60,174 bases of DNA from Candidatus Heimdallarchaeota archaeon (GCA_015523565.1 WAKA01000203.1:1-60174); one strand, 5' to 3'. Numbered from the stretch's first letter, positions 18,716-28,989 are shown. Notes: generated by a model from the letters alone, not told the origin. Program-made: numbers and translations.

Positions 18716-19642
18716 ATGAACAAAAAATTATTTTCAATAAATCTAGTTATCTTAGCAATTGTTTTTCTTGCCTCCTTGTCACCATCAAATGCCGTTTTAA
18801 GCTCAAAGTTCAATTTTGAGATGGATGATTCCGGGTTTTATCAATTCTCGGCAAGAGCTGAAGCCCCAATCCTTTGGAAAGAAGGAGAAAACGCCTTGTT
18901 CAATGTGTCAATAACAATTGAAAACCTTCCAAAAGACAATATTTCTGGTATAACAATAGTTGCAATAAATTTCATCCTAAAAACATCTAGGGAAAAAAGA
19001 TCAAATTTGTTGCCAGAAAGTGATTCCACTTTCATAAACCAAAATTACAAGAACGTTTCAGAAACAATCACTTTTACAAAAGCCTTGAATCCTCCATCTT
19101 CTGTAGACCAGTTTATCGTTGTGGTCGAAATACTCGCAATAACAACTGGCAATATAACTCAGGACATCAACAATCCAGGGTCTTATTCATTTATTTTCCC
19201 TGATGATGGTGATATACTGGTCGAAAGACCCCAAGCCGCCGCATTAATTAACCTGTATGGTTTTCCCCCAACCTCTTTCATATTGGCTTTCTTAATAATT
19301 GCATTTGCAATAGGATTACCAATGCTGATTCCTGGATTTGTAACTGTTGCTTATGTCATTAAAGACTGGTGGATCAAGAGAAAGAAACATGATAGAAATG
19401 ATACTGGTTCTGATGCTAGTACCGATGATGGAACTGATACAGGTATAGATGCAGGTTCTGGAACAAGTACACATACAGCTCTTGCAACAGGTACAAATGT
19501 TGGCATTGATACAGAAACACATGTTGATACTGGCAACAACTCAACTGGTACAGCAGTACTAAATACAGAAAATGATACAGCATCCAAGAAATTACAAGAT
19601 GGAATGGATTCCGAAACACATTCCAAGAAGGAGGTCACTTAA
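18716..19642 (+). CDS. Secreted/single-pass membrane protein with T/D/G-rich cytoplasmic tail
   Basis: Signal peptide, beta-rich domain with several NxS/T sequons, TM helix, low-complexity tail. Confidence 0.75.
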   Translation: MNKKLFSINLVILAIVFLASLSPSNAVLSSKFNFEMDDSGFYQFSARAEAPILWKEGENALFNVSITIENLPKDNISGITIVAINFILKTSREKRSNLLPESDSTFINQNYKNVSETITFTKALNPPSSVDQFIVVVEILAITTGNITQDINNPGSYSFIFPDDGDILVERPQAAALINLYGFPPTSFILAFLIIAFAIGLPMLIPGFVTVAYVIKDWWIKRKKHDRNDTGSDASTDDGTDTGIDAGSGTSTHTALATGTNVGIDTETHVDTGNNSTGTAVLNTENDTASKKLQDGMDSETHSKKEVT

Positions 19643-21232
19643 GTGGTTCAAACAACAATTCAAATTCGAAGAATAACTGATAAGGTGGGTCGGTACTTCC
19701 AACGATTCGGATACAGGTCATACACCAAATATTTTGATCGAGGTGCTTTAATAAATGGAAACAAGATACTTGGTCCTGACAGATTCCAATGCAGGGTCGC
19801 AGAAACCAGCAGGGGAACTGCCGTCAGCTTTTACACAATAAATTTATGGACCAATTTCCTTCCATTCCTCCCTTTCATCCTCATGCTGATACTTTCTGGT
19901 CTAAATAAAATAGATGCAATCAGTAAATTCATTTCTGGAGAAAACTCCTTTCTGGGAGTCAAATGGATTTCTCTGTTTTTGGGAAATTTTAACCTGAACA
20001 TATTGTCTGTCCTTCTTTTCATTGTCATCCCCGGATTTTTCTCATTTGCCCTCTATTCCATCCAAAACATCAGACTATCAAATTTGAAAAACAGGTTCGC
20101 GTTTTTCACAAAAGATGCAATTTGGGAACCAAGGGACATCCCATTACCCCTTATTATGATTAAAGCCGCACAAACCGCATTTACGCATGTATGGTTTTTG
20201 GCAATCCTGTTTTTCTCTGTGTTTGCATTGCCTGACAACATAATGGGTGATGTAACTGCAATTTATGGTATTAAGGAAGGGGCTCTTGCTTCCTCTCTCC
20301 AATTTGGATTTGCCATCATCGCGGGACTGATTGGTGGATTGATTGCAGGTCAAAAATCCTTGCTCACAAGAAGGGAATTGAGCAGGTATGACTCCAGATT
20401 AAGAATTTCTGGTGGTTATTATGAAAGAAAAATCGATCCCATCCTTTATGGAATCCAATCTGCTCTTGTTTCCGGGCTTTTCATCATCCCATTTTTGGCC
20501 ATGACATTCATCACTACTGGAAATTTCGGGTTTGCTGGCTTTACAATCGCTGGACTCGCGGTAGGCGGTGCTATCAGTGGAACTATTTTCGAAGAAGGGT
20601 CCGTTTGGTTCGCTGGCTCCTATATCGCCATCCTGTTTTTCACATCAATTGCCCTTGTATTCAGGACTGGTCAGGAACCCGCCCTTGCTTTCGTTGTTAT
20701 CCTTATTCTCTTCTTTGCCATCATCCCATTTTTCATCCTATCATCCGTTGTCTTTGATCTTGTTCTCCAAAAATATAAAATTAGAACTGTTGACCATTAT
20801 TATGATTACTTCCCCTTAAACCCTCTGTGGACATTGATCCAAACACAAAGAAGAATACAGGAAACAATCAGGACATACGAGGAAAGCCTAGCCGAAGAGC
20901 ATGTAATCACTGAATCAGGTATCCTCCTCATTGACAAGACCCAATTGCTCAAAAAAGGAAAACTTGCAGAAAGAATCGCCAAACACTATTTTGAATTGCT
21001 TGCCAAGTATAACTCCATGTTTGACGAGGAAGATCTTGTGATGGTGCCCACATCCATCGAACTTGTCGAGTGGTGGTCCTCAAAGACAGGAATCCGAAAC
21101 TACAGTAAACAACTGGATTTCCTGAATTTCACTGACAGGTTGATTTGGGATCCAGAATTCAAACCAGAACCCAACGACCTAAAGAAGCATGACGAAATCG
21201 GTTTCAACATGATCGTCTCTCTGGAGAGCTAA
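19643..21232 (+). CDS. Polytopic membrane protein (about 8 TM) with soluble C-terminal helical domain
   Basis: Multiple hydrophobic helices; abuts both neighbours inside the moxR operon. Confidence 0.8.
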   Translation: MVQTTIQIRRITDKVGRYFQRFGYRSYTKYFDRGALINGNKILGPDRFQCRVAETSRGTAVSFYTINLWTNFLPFLPFILMLILSGLNKIDAISKFISGENSFLGVKWISLFLGNFNLNILSVLLFIVIPGFFSFALYSIQNIRLSNLKNRFAFFTKDAIWEPRDIPLPLIMIKAAQTAFTHVWFLAILFFSVFALPDNIMGDVTAIYGIKEGALASSLQFGFAIIAGLIGGLIAGQKSLLTRRELSRYDSRLRISGGYYERKIDPILYGIQSALVSGLFIIPFLAMTFITTGNFGFAGFTIAGLAVGGAISGTIFEEGSVWFAGSYIAILFFTSIALVFRTGQEPALAFVVILILFFAIIPFFILSSVVFDLVLQKYKIRTVDHYYDYFPLNPLWTLIQTQRRIQETIRTYEESLAEEHVITESGILLIDKTQLLKKGKLAERIAKHYFELLAKYNSMFDEEDLVMVPTSIELVEWWSSKTGIRNYSKQLDFLNFTDRLIWDPEFKPEPNDLKKHDEIGFNMIVSLES

Positions 21233-21234
21233 AC

Positions 21235-22176
21235 ATGTCAGAAGAAAGCCTAAATGAATCCCAGCTCCAAGCCATCAAGGAAGCTGAAAAAGTACTGATG
21301 GCAAAACAGGTCAAGGATCTGGCTATCATTGCAAAACAAAAGGTGGCAACTTTTCTTGCAGGTACAAGAAAATCAAAATTCAGGGGTGATGGCACTGATT
21401 TTGCCGATCTCAGGGAATACATCCCTGGTGACGACTTGAGAAAGGTCGATTGGAAAGCCACCGCAAAATACCAAAACAAACTTGTTGTAAAGGAATATGA
21501 ACAGGAAAGAAACGCCAATGTCGTTATCCTCCTTGACTCTTCCGCCTCAATGCTCTTAGGCAAAAAAGAACCAAGAATAAAAGCCGCAGTAGAGGCAATC
21601 GCAAGCCTGACTCATGCAACAATAATGAACAAGGATTTCATCGGCTTTGGCGCTTTTTCTGACAAGCTTGCCCAATTCATCCCCCCTAAAGGTGGCAAAT
21701 CCCATGAATATTTCATCTTCCATAAATTGCTTACATTAACCCCCATAGGAGAAACCAATATTGGAGAAGCATTGAAGGAAGTCTCTACAACCTTGAAAAG
21801 ACAGGCTCTCATCCTTGTAATAACAGACCTGCATGACAAGTTGAATGAAACGTTCAGGGGATTCAGGATTGCCAAGGCATTAAACCATGAAGTGCAATTG
21901 CTTCAAATCTCAGACTATGGCGAATTTGTCCTGCCTGACAACATGGGCAATGTCAAGTTCACTAACCCAAAAACCAAGCAACCCGTCACGATAGACCTCT
22001 CCGACCCTTTGGCTCGTGGACTGTATGACTTTGCCATCTTCAAAAAAGTCCAAGAGATTGAGGCTTTCAAAAGAAAACTCAGAGGTCTGAAAATCAGGGT
22101 CGTCGAAACTCATACAGAAGATATCACCCAACAAGTATTGCTTGCTTATTATTCATCCAAGAGTAAAAGACAATGA
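21235..22176 (+). CDS. DUF58-family vWA protein (MoxR partner)
   Basis: G.GTDFADLREYIPGDDLRKVDWKATA, VKEYEQER, MIDAS-like DSSASM, G.TN and ITD. Confidence 0.93.
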   Translation: MSEESLNESQLQAIKEAEKVLMAKQVKDLAIIAKQKVATFLAGTRKSKFRGDGTDFADLREYIPGDDLRKVDWKATAKYQNKLVVKEYEQERNANVVILLDSSASMLLGKKEPRIKAAVEAIASLTHATIMNKDFIGFGAFSDKLAQFIPPKGGKSHEYFIFHKLLTLTPIGETNIGEALKEVSTTLKRQALILVITDLHDKLNETFRGFRIAKALNHEVQLLQISDYGEFVLPDNMGNVKFTNPKTKQPVTIDLSDPLARGLYDFAIFKKVQEIEAFKRKLRGLKIRVVETHTEDITQQVLLAYYSSKSKRQ

Positions 22177-22226
22177 TTTTCTAGGATTAATTAAAAACTT
22201 AAATTCTCAACATCTTTCTTTACACT

Positions 22227-23210
22227 ATGCAATATGTCAGACTAGGAAACACAGGCGTGAAAATCTCAAAAATCATTCTGGGGACAATGCAATTCGGCTG
22301 GAGAATTAATGAAGAAGAGTCTTTCAAGGTAATGGACAAGGCAATCGAACTCGGAATAAACTGCTTCGACACTGCCGACATCTATACCAGATGGAGCGAA
22401 AACAGCTATGCAGGAAAGACCGAGGAAATCATCGGCAGATGGATGAAGGAAAGAAAGACAAGAGACGACCTTGTCCTTGCAACCAAGCTCAGGGGCCCCA
22501 TGTCTGACGACATCAATGACAGGGGACTCTCTAGAAGGCATGTCCATCAAGCCATCCACGGAAGCCTTAAAAGACTGCAAACGGATTGGATAGACCTCTA
22601 CCAAATCCACAGCTTCGACAATGAAACCCCGATTGAGGAAACACTCCATGCACTCAATCTCCTTGTCGAAGAAGGAGACGTCAACTACATCGGCGCATCA
22701 AACATATTCCCATGGCAGATGGTCGAGGCATTATGGGTAAGCGACAAATATGGTTATGCCAGATTTGAAACCCTCCAACCTGTCTATAACCTCGCCAGAA
22801 GAATGCTTGTCGAACACCAATTCATAAATGTGATCGAAAAATACAAAATCGGCGTGATCCCGTATAGCCCACTGGCTGGAGGATTCCTCACAGGAAAATA
22901 CAAAAAAGACAAACCACTGCCTGACACCCCAAGAAGCAAAGGAGTTGAATCAAGATACTTTACGGAAAAAAGATGGAAAATACTTGAAACTGTCGAAGAA
23001 CTTGCATCCAACTATGAGGCAAAACCATCACAAATAGCATTGGCTTGGCTACTCTCAAAACCCCATGTCACAGCTCCAATAATCGGTGCAAATTCCATCG
23101 AACAACTAGAGGAAAATCTCGGCGCACTCGATATTTCCCTGAGTAAAGAGGACATTGAAAGACTTGACAAGGTAAGTGACTGGGTCGAGGATTACGAAAG
23201 AATTAGGTGA
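22227..23210 (+). CDS. Aldo/keto reductase
   Basis: LGTMQFG, FDTADIY, LATK, SLKRLQTDWIDLYQIH, IGASN, YSPLAGG. Confidence 0.95.
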   Translation: MQYVRLGNTGVKISKIILGTMQFGWRINEEESFKVMDKAIELGINCFDTADIYTRWSENSYAGKTEEIIGRWMKERKTRDDLVLATKLRGPMSDDINDRGLSRRHVHQAIHGSLKRLQTDWIDLYQIHSFDNETPIEETLHALNLLVEEGDVNYIGASNIFPWQMVEALWVSDKYGYARFETLQPVYNLARRMLVEHQFINVIEKYKIGVIPYSPLAGGFLTGKYKKDKPLPDTPRSKGVESRYFTEKRWKILETVEELASNYEAKPSQIALAWLLSKPHVTAPIIGANSIEQLEENLGALDISLSKEDIERLDKVSDWVEDYERIR

Positions 23211-23295
23211 CCTATAGCTACATACTTCACAAAAACATTTCAAAACTTGACCCCAGCCTAGAAACTGATAAATGCAAACCCCACCAAAATTATTC

Positions 23296-23634
23296 ATGGT
23301 TAACTTAATGAAACCAACCGTCAAACTGAAAGCAAAAAAACCTCAGTTCGCTCTCTATGGTCACATTCTCTCGCTTATCGGATCTCTCGTCCCTGTAGTG
23401 TTCGGATTGCTGGCATTGGTCACTTTGAACTTTAACGGATTGATTGGTCTCATCGGCGGCCTGTTCATCCTATTGGTCGAAATCGATACCATCAAACTTG
23501 ACTTCCTCAAAGATTCTCTTGTCAGGGGAATTGTGTGGATTATCCTCGCAGTTGTATTCGGCATCGGAAATATTCTCACCTCACTCATTATCATTTTTGG
23601 AGGGGTCTTCTACATTATCTACCATTTCCAATGA
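23296..23634 (+). CDS. Small membrane protein (4 TM)
   Basis: Gly-rich hydrophobic helices; start uncertain (23272, 23296 or 23308). Confidence 0.7.
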   Translation: MVNLMKPTVKLKAKKPQFALYGHILSLIGSLVPVVFGLLALVTLNFNGLIGLIGGLFILLVEIDTIKLDFLKDSLVRGIVWIILAVVFGIGNILTSLIIIFGGVFYIIYHFQ

Positions 23635-23855
23635 TATGGGCTCCTGAATCCGAAAAAAATCTGCATTTGTAAAATCAAATAGATTACCCTTCCCAATGCA
23701 TTATATCATGTCAATTCTCCACTATATCCTCAAACAACTTTTATACAACATATTTTTCCCTACCACATACGAATGCACTGGAGTTGTTTCTTTCATGGAA
23801 AAAACATATCAACTCCAAATTATCAAAAACAATGCATTCTCATGAAGGTGAAGAC

Positions 23856-25091
23856 ATGATTGGTGATTATAATGGTGTCACCCTCTCCAAAAGGGATACG
23901 GAAGTACTCAGAGAACTCGAAACGCAAGTGGGAAAGATTCCCCAACTTCCTCAAGTCGAACCAGAAACTTTCGGGTTTGCAGTAATGAACCAAAGGGTGA
24001 CTGCATTGGGACTTTACAATAAGGGTCTGACATCTCTCCCTGATACTATTGGAACTCTAACCAACCTTCAGGAACTGTATTTGCATGAAAATGAGTTGAC
24101 TTCCCTGCCAGAGTATTTGGGAAACCTCAAGAACCTTAAATGCCTGCATGTGGAAAATAATCGGCTGACCTCTCTTCCCGAAAGTCTTGCGAGCCTTGAT
24201 AGCCTCCAAGAATTGTATGCAAGAGATAATTATTTGACATCTCTTCCAGAATCTTTAGGGGACCTTCAGAACCTTCAAGTTCTTAACTTAGGGGGAAATG
24301 AATTGGCTTCACTTCCTGAAAGTTTAGGGGAACTTCAGAACCTTCAATATCTGTATTTGTACGAAAATGAGTTGACATCTCTTCCCGAAACTTTGGGAAA
24401 CCTCCAAAACCTTCAAGTACTTAATTTAAGTGGAAATAAGTTAACTTCCCTCCCTGAGAGTATAGGTGAACTCCGGAACCTTCAATACCTCATTGTTACC
24501 GGAAACAAGATAACTTCTCTCCCCGAAAATTTATCGGAACTCTACAATCTCCAATGCCTCGATTTAGAATCAACTCAACTGACATCCCTTCCCAATAATA
24601 TCGGCAATCTCCAAAACCTCCAGACCCTCAATCTAGGATCAAACCGTTTGGTCTTCCTTCCAAACAATCTAGGAAACCTAATCAACCTTCAGGAACTAGA
24701 TGTCTCTTACAATAGGCTGAAATCCATTCCTAATAGCATGGGTAATCTCCAAAATCTCCAAACTCTAAGATTAAGTGGAAATCAGTTGACCTCATTGACT
24801 GAAACAATAGGAAACCTAACAGGTCTTCATGAACTGTATGTGTCTTACAATCCGCTGATGTCTCTTCCCGAAAGTATTGGCAATCTAATAAACCTCCAAG
24901 TTCTCATTTTAAAAATGAATCAGTTAATGTCTCTTCCTAGCAGTGTAGGCAATCTCAAAAACCTTCAAAAACTCGATATGTATTATTGCCCGTTGACAAC
25001 CCTCCCAGAAAGCATTACTCAGTTGTCATTGAGATATCTGGACATTAGGGGCTTCAAGAAATTGAAACTGTCCAAATCTATTAAAAATTGA
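23856..25091 (+). CDS. Leucine-rich-repeat protein (about 15 23-residue repeats); the TGA at 25089-25091 is probably premature
   Basis: LxxLxLxxNxLTSLPESLGNL repeats; SD-like AGGTGA before ATG 23856; a cap motif continues in frame to TAA 25133. Confidence 0.93.
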   Translation: MIGDYNGVTLSKRDTEVLRELETQVGKIPQLPQVEPETFGFAVMNQRVTALGLYNKGLTSLPDTIGTLTNLQELYLHENELTSLPEYLGNLKNLKCLHVENNRLTSLPESLASLDSLQELYARDNYLTSLPESLGDLQNLQVLNLGGNELASLPESLGELQNLQYLYLYENELTSLPETLGNLQNLQVLNLSGNKLTSLPESIGELRNLQYLIVTGNKITSLPENLSELYNLQCLDLESTQLTSLPNNIGNLQNLQTLNLGSNRLVFLPNNLGNLINLQELDVSYNRLKSIPNSMGNLQNLQTLRLSGNQLTSLTETIGNLTGLHELYVSYNPLMSLPESIGNLINLQVLILKMNQLMSLPSSVGNLKNLQKLDMYYCPLTTLPESITQLSLRYLDIRGFKKLKLSKSIKN

Positions 25092-25100
25092 ATAAATAAT

Positions 25101-25406
25101 CTAAAGCAGAACGGTGCAACGGTTTATCAATAATCTCCCTAAACCATTCAACACGATGGGCTTCTGAAATGTGGATATGGGGATCAAACATTTGGGAAGA
25201 CTGGGATCAGCATATGTCTGACTTACACAGGGGAAGATCTCATGCGATCGTATTCCACTATGGTACAGCAGGTTGAATGTCAATCTAAACCTTTCAGGCT
25301 CTGAATGGTCAAGAACTGTAGCATACTCATCCTCCATGATGGATTCCTGTGTGAACTGTGAATCTCCGAGAGTCTTGCTGAGGTAACTGAAAAACTCAAA
25401 AGTCAT
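25101..25406 (-). pseudogene. Tyrosine recombinase/integrase remnant
   Basis: EDEYATVLD...RFRLTFNLLYHSGIRSHEI matches the box I pattern (E..RLL...RD..I.LLY.TG.R..E). No HxxR or catalytic Tyr follows. Confidence 0.6.
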
Positions 25407-25712
25407 GAGTGCTTTCTAATCTACCATTATTTTTTTCGTATAGTGACAACTATGCGCAAAAATCCCTTGAACCATTTTTGATATTCTGTAAATACTTGAA
25501 AGGAAATCGATTTTTCAATATTGATTTTTCAAATATATCAAGCAAATATTATTTTTAAAAAAATAAAATTATTTTAATTATATTAATATATAAGTTGAAG
25601 AACATAATCACAATACAAAAATTAAAGATACCATCCGACATTTGAGAAAAATCTGGAAATCCATTGTATAGAGGATATCATTGATTTTAAATAGGATCAT
25701 GATGAATAGATA

Positions 25713-26777
25713 ATGATGATTGATATTTCCAATGACTTTTTCACTCAATTCATTGAATTTCTCAATAGTCATCCTGAATCCAAGGAAAAACTGATAGAAA
25801 TGTTTAATCAGGAATTCGTCAAACGTGATGAATTGAGTGAATTACTTCAGGAGATAAAACAATTAAGGATTGAAAGCAATCAGCGATTTGAAGAGTCCAA
25901 TAAGCGGTTCGATAAGCTTTTGGAGGAATCAAGCAAGCGGTTCGATCAACTTTTGGAAGAATCAAACAAGCGGTTTGAGGAGATAAACAAGCGGTTCGAG
26001 GAGTCCAACAAGAGGTTTGAAGCTTTCCAGCAGGAAGTATATCGGCGGTTCGAGGAGATAAACAAACGATTTGAGCAGATTGACAAACGGTTTGAGGAGT
26101 CTAACAAAAGGTTCGACGAGCTTCTGAAGGAAACAAACAAACGCTTCGAGGAGATAAACAAACGGTTTGAGGAGTCCAACAAGAGGTTTGAGGCTTTTCA
26201 GCAAGAAGTGTATCGGCGGTTCGAGAAGGTTGATCAGCGATTTGAGGAATCCAACAGGAGGTTTGAGGCCCTCCAAAAGGAGATGAATGAGCGGTTTGAG
26301 AAGGTTGACAAACGATTTGAGGCAATGCAGGAACAAATAGACAGGCGGTTTGATGCAGTATTTCGAAGATTTGACGAATTAAGCATTGCGTTAGGTCATG
26401 ATTTTGAGGAATTCAATTCATTATGGCTCCAGGATTTCCTTCGAAATCAAGGATATCCAAAACTGACAATAAAGAAACGTACGTTTGTTGATCCCAATTA
26501 TGAAGTGTTTTCTGATTCCACAGATGTTGAAGTGGATGTTTATCATGAAGATCCTTTTGTCATTGGGGAAATTACAGCAATCACGAGAAAACTTTCAAAG
26601 GTCACAACATTTCTCAGGAAGGTTGAATTCCTGAAAAAACTGAAGGGGAAGGAGCCCATGACATTCTTCATTACATATGGTTTTTTACCAGAAATCAGGA
26701 ATGAGGCATTAAGGTTGCTTGAGGAAGCGGGAGTAAAGGTTTATGCACTTAGACACAGGAAGATGGAAAGTGATTGA
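25713..26777 (+). CDS. Coiled-coil repeat protein with C-terminal PD-(D/E)XK-like nuclease domain (DUF3782/DUF1626-like)
   Basis: More than 20 (N/D)(K/R/Q)RF(E/D) units; C-terminal G..FEE...EVDV....VIGEIT motif. Confidence 0.82.
   Translation: MMIDISNDFFTQFIEFLNSHPESKEKLIEMFNQEFVKRDELSELLQEIKQLRIESNQRFEESNKRFDKLLEESSKRFDQLLEESNKRFEEINKRFEESNKRFEAFQQEVYRRFEEINKRFEQIDKRFEESNKRFDELLKETNKRFEEINKRFEESNKRFEAFQQEVYRRFEKVDQRFEESNRRFEALQKEMNERFEKVDKRFEAMQEQIDRRFDAVFRRFDELSIALGHDFEEFNSLWLQDFLRNQGYPKLTIKKRTFVDPNYEVFSDSTDVEVDVYHEDPFVIGEITAITRKLSKVTTFLRKVEFLKKLKGKEPMTFFITYGFLPEIRNEALRLLEEAGVKVYALRHRKMESD
25870..26380 (+). repeat. Intragenic 21/33-bp tandem repeats containing a 171-bp duplicated block
   Basis: Recurring AACAAGCGGTT(T/C)GAG; GAGGAGTCCAACAAGAGGTTTGA recurs at 25998 and 26169. 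Confidence 0.85.
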
Positions 26778-26853
26778 TCACTGACTCACTTTATGATCAT
26801 TTATTTTGAATTGCATACATGGGTTTTTTTTTCTTCATTTTTCAGTTCAAATC

Positions 26854-27603
26854 ATGGGAATTATTGAAATCAGAGGGTTGAATAAGTTTTTTGGGAGTTT
26901 TCATGCGCTTAAAGATATTGACCTGACAATAAGGGAGGGGGAAGTTTTTGGCTTGTTGGGATTGAATGGGGCTGGAAAGACAACATTGATACGGATATTG
27001 ATGGGGCTTTTGAATCCCAGTTCTGGTTCAGTTCGCGTTTTTGGCATTGATCCTTCAACCAATCCCCTTCCAATAAGGAAACGTGCCTCACTATTGCCTC
27101 AGGAATGCCAAGCTTATGAGAACCTGACAGCAATGGAAAACATCCTTTATTATGGATTAATGCAGAGTGAGGCTCCCAAGGAAGAATTGATTGAGCGAGC
27201 GAACTACCTCATTGATCTTATTGGATTGAAGGGAAGGGAAAATCAGCTTACAAAAAAATTTTCGGGGGGTATGAAAAGGAAAGTGCTTGTTGCACGTTCT
27301 GTCGTGGGCAACCCTGATCTTCTTTTCCTTGATGAGCCGACAACAGGCATTGATGTCCTTGGTGCCCGAAAGGTGAGGAATCTCATTCAAAAGCTTAGCA
27401 GGAATGAAAAGAAGACAATAATTCTAACAACGCATGACCTGACAGAGATCAATTTGCTATGTGATCGGGTCGGAATCCTTGTGGATGGCGAATTAAAGGC
27501 TATCGGCACTCCAGATGAACTTGAGGGGCAATTTCAAGCTGCAAACATAGAGGATATCTTTTCTTCTCTTGTTGAGGGAAGGATTGGAGGTGATGAGGAA
27601 TGA
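26854..27603 (+). CDS. ABC-2 exporter ATP-binding subunit
   Basis: GLNGAGKT, FSGGMKR, FLDEPT, TTHD; start set at MGIIEI. Confidence 0.93.
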   Translation: MGIIEIRGLNKFFGSFHALKDIDLTIREGEVFGLLGLNGAGKTTLIRILMGLLNPSSGSVRVFGIDPSTNPLPIRKRASLLPQECQAYENLTAMENILYYGLMQSEAPKEELIERANYLIDLIGLKGRENQLTKKFSGGMKRKVLVARSVVGNPDLLFLDEPTTGIDVLGARKVRNLIQKLSRNEKKTIILTTHDLTEINLLCDRVGILVDGELKAIGTPDELEGQFQAANIEDIFSSLVEGRIGGDEE

Positions 27604-28832
27604 GACGTCAACTTACAACCTTGATTGTACAGGAACTGAAGCAGGCAATGAGGAACAAAAGCCTTGTTTTCATGTTCATTGTCTTTCCTCTTTTCATGTG
27701 GGGACTTCAGGGTGGTGTTCAGTTTTTGGCAGTGTCCAACACATCCTCAGAAGGGGAGACATTTTATGTGATTAACAGGGATCTTGGAAATTCCACAGTA
27801 AATCTTGGGGAATTGTTGGTGAAAGAGCTTGATGCAATGACAAGGATCAATGCTTCCATAATTTATGGGTCGGTAATCAATACGACCCTTCAGGTGGATT
27901 CATTCTCTCAAGCAGTATCCTTGGTAAAAGAAAAGGGGATTTCCCCATTGCTGTATATTCCTGAAAATTTCACAACGGTTTATGACAACTTTACCGACAC
28001 GGAATCTTCGGTTGTTCCCGCAGTCACTTTACTGAGTAGACCCGATGACAATGCCCTTTTTGTCAATGATCTTTCAACTGCACTACAGATTGTCTTGTCA
28101 TCCTCTCCTTTCACCAAAGTTACTTACCACAAGGTGACATCTTTCAAGCTTGAACGAATTGTTTTTGAAGGGGAAGGTGAGGAAAGCTTTTTCCTTTTGG
28201 GCCTCATTGCTTTCATTGCGACCTTGATTGCAGTACAGGCACCTGCAAGCTATATTTCTGCTGCATTTTCAGGGGAAAGGGAAAAGCATACATTGGAGGC
28301 ATTGCTTGCCCTGCCCATGAGAAGGATCGATATTTTATTGGGGAAGGTGATTGCCGCCTTCATTCTTACCCTTGTATTTGCAGTCTCAAATATATTTGGA
28401 ATGGTTGTTTTCTCGAAATTGGTGAGGGCAGACCTTTCACCCTATCAAATGTTTGTAGTTACATTGGTTTTGGTTATCACCTCATTTGTAGCTACGGGGT
28501 TGGGTATTTCTATCACAAGTTTTGCCAAGGACAGTAAGACAGCAAACACGGTCTATCAATTTGTCATGCTGATTCCAACTATTTTTGTTGGCTTTTCTGC
28601 TATTTTCGGGACAGTGCCTGATAAACTTACTTGGGTATATCTAATTCCATGGATGCATACCATTGCCGTACTTCAAAAAATATTGTTTCCTCAAATACTT
28701 TCCAATTCAACTCTTACAGGGAATATCATTCTTGATATCGTTTTCCATCTTGTGTATCTTTTCCTTTTTGTGATGGTCAGCTTTATTGTCGCAGCAAGGT
28801 TATTTGCTAGGGAAAGCATTCTTAAGTCTTGA
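27600..28832 (+). CDS. ABC-2 exporter permease (NatB-like)
   Basis: One N-terminal TM, a large loop, then five TM; GEREKHTLEALLALP and LLGK motifs; ATGA overlap with the ATPase. Confidence 0.9.
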   Translation: MRRQLTTLIVQELKQAMRNKSLVFMFIVFPLFMWGLQGGVQFLAVSNTSSEGETFYVINRDLGNSTVNLGELLVKELDAMTRINASIIYGSVINTTLQVDSFSQAVSLVKEKGISPLLYIPENFTTVYDNFTDTESSVVPAVTLLSRPDDNALFVNDLSTALQIVLSSSPFTKVTYHKVTSFKLERIVFEGEGEESFFLLGLIAFIATLIAVQAPASYISAAFSGEREKHTLEALLALPMRRIDILLGKVIAAFILTLVFAVSNIFGMVVFSKLVRADLSPYQMFVVTLVLVITSFVATGLGISITSFAKDSKTANTVYQFVMLIPTIFVGFSAIFGTVPDKLTWVYLIPWMHTIAVLQKILFPQILSNSTLTGNIILDIVFHLVYLFLFVMVSFIVAARLFARESILKS

Positions 28833-28989
28833 TATTTTAGATTTCTACCATTCTACCTTTTTTTTTAATTAGAAAGGATATTTGTTCTATTTTCATTGAC
28901 TTCTCAAAAAAATAATTCCTGCATTGTATTGGATTTGAAAAATTTTGGATTTTTGGATCCTAAAGTCATTGTAAACTGTAGAAGATTTG

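Noticed and set aside
25089-25091. Genome-wide UGA recoding or selenocysteine
   Set aside because: Many conserved genes (moxR, pyrB, cheA, DUF58) end properly at TGA, and the context is not a redox site.
25870-26380. Repeat array resembling CRISPR
   Set aside because: Units are 21/33 bp, in frame, vary at synonymous positions and have no unique spacers; no cas genes are present. It is a coding coiled-coil repeat.
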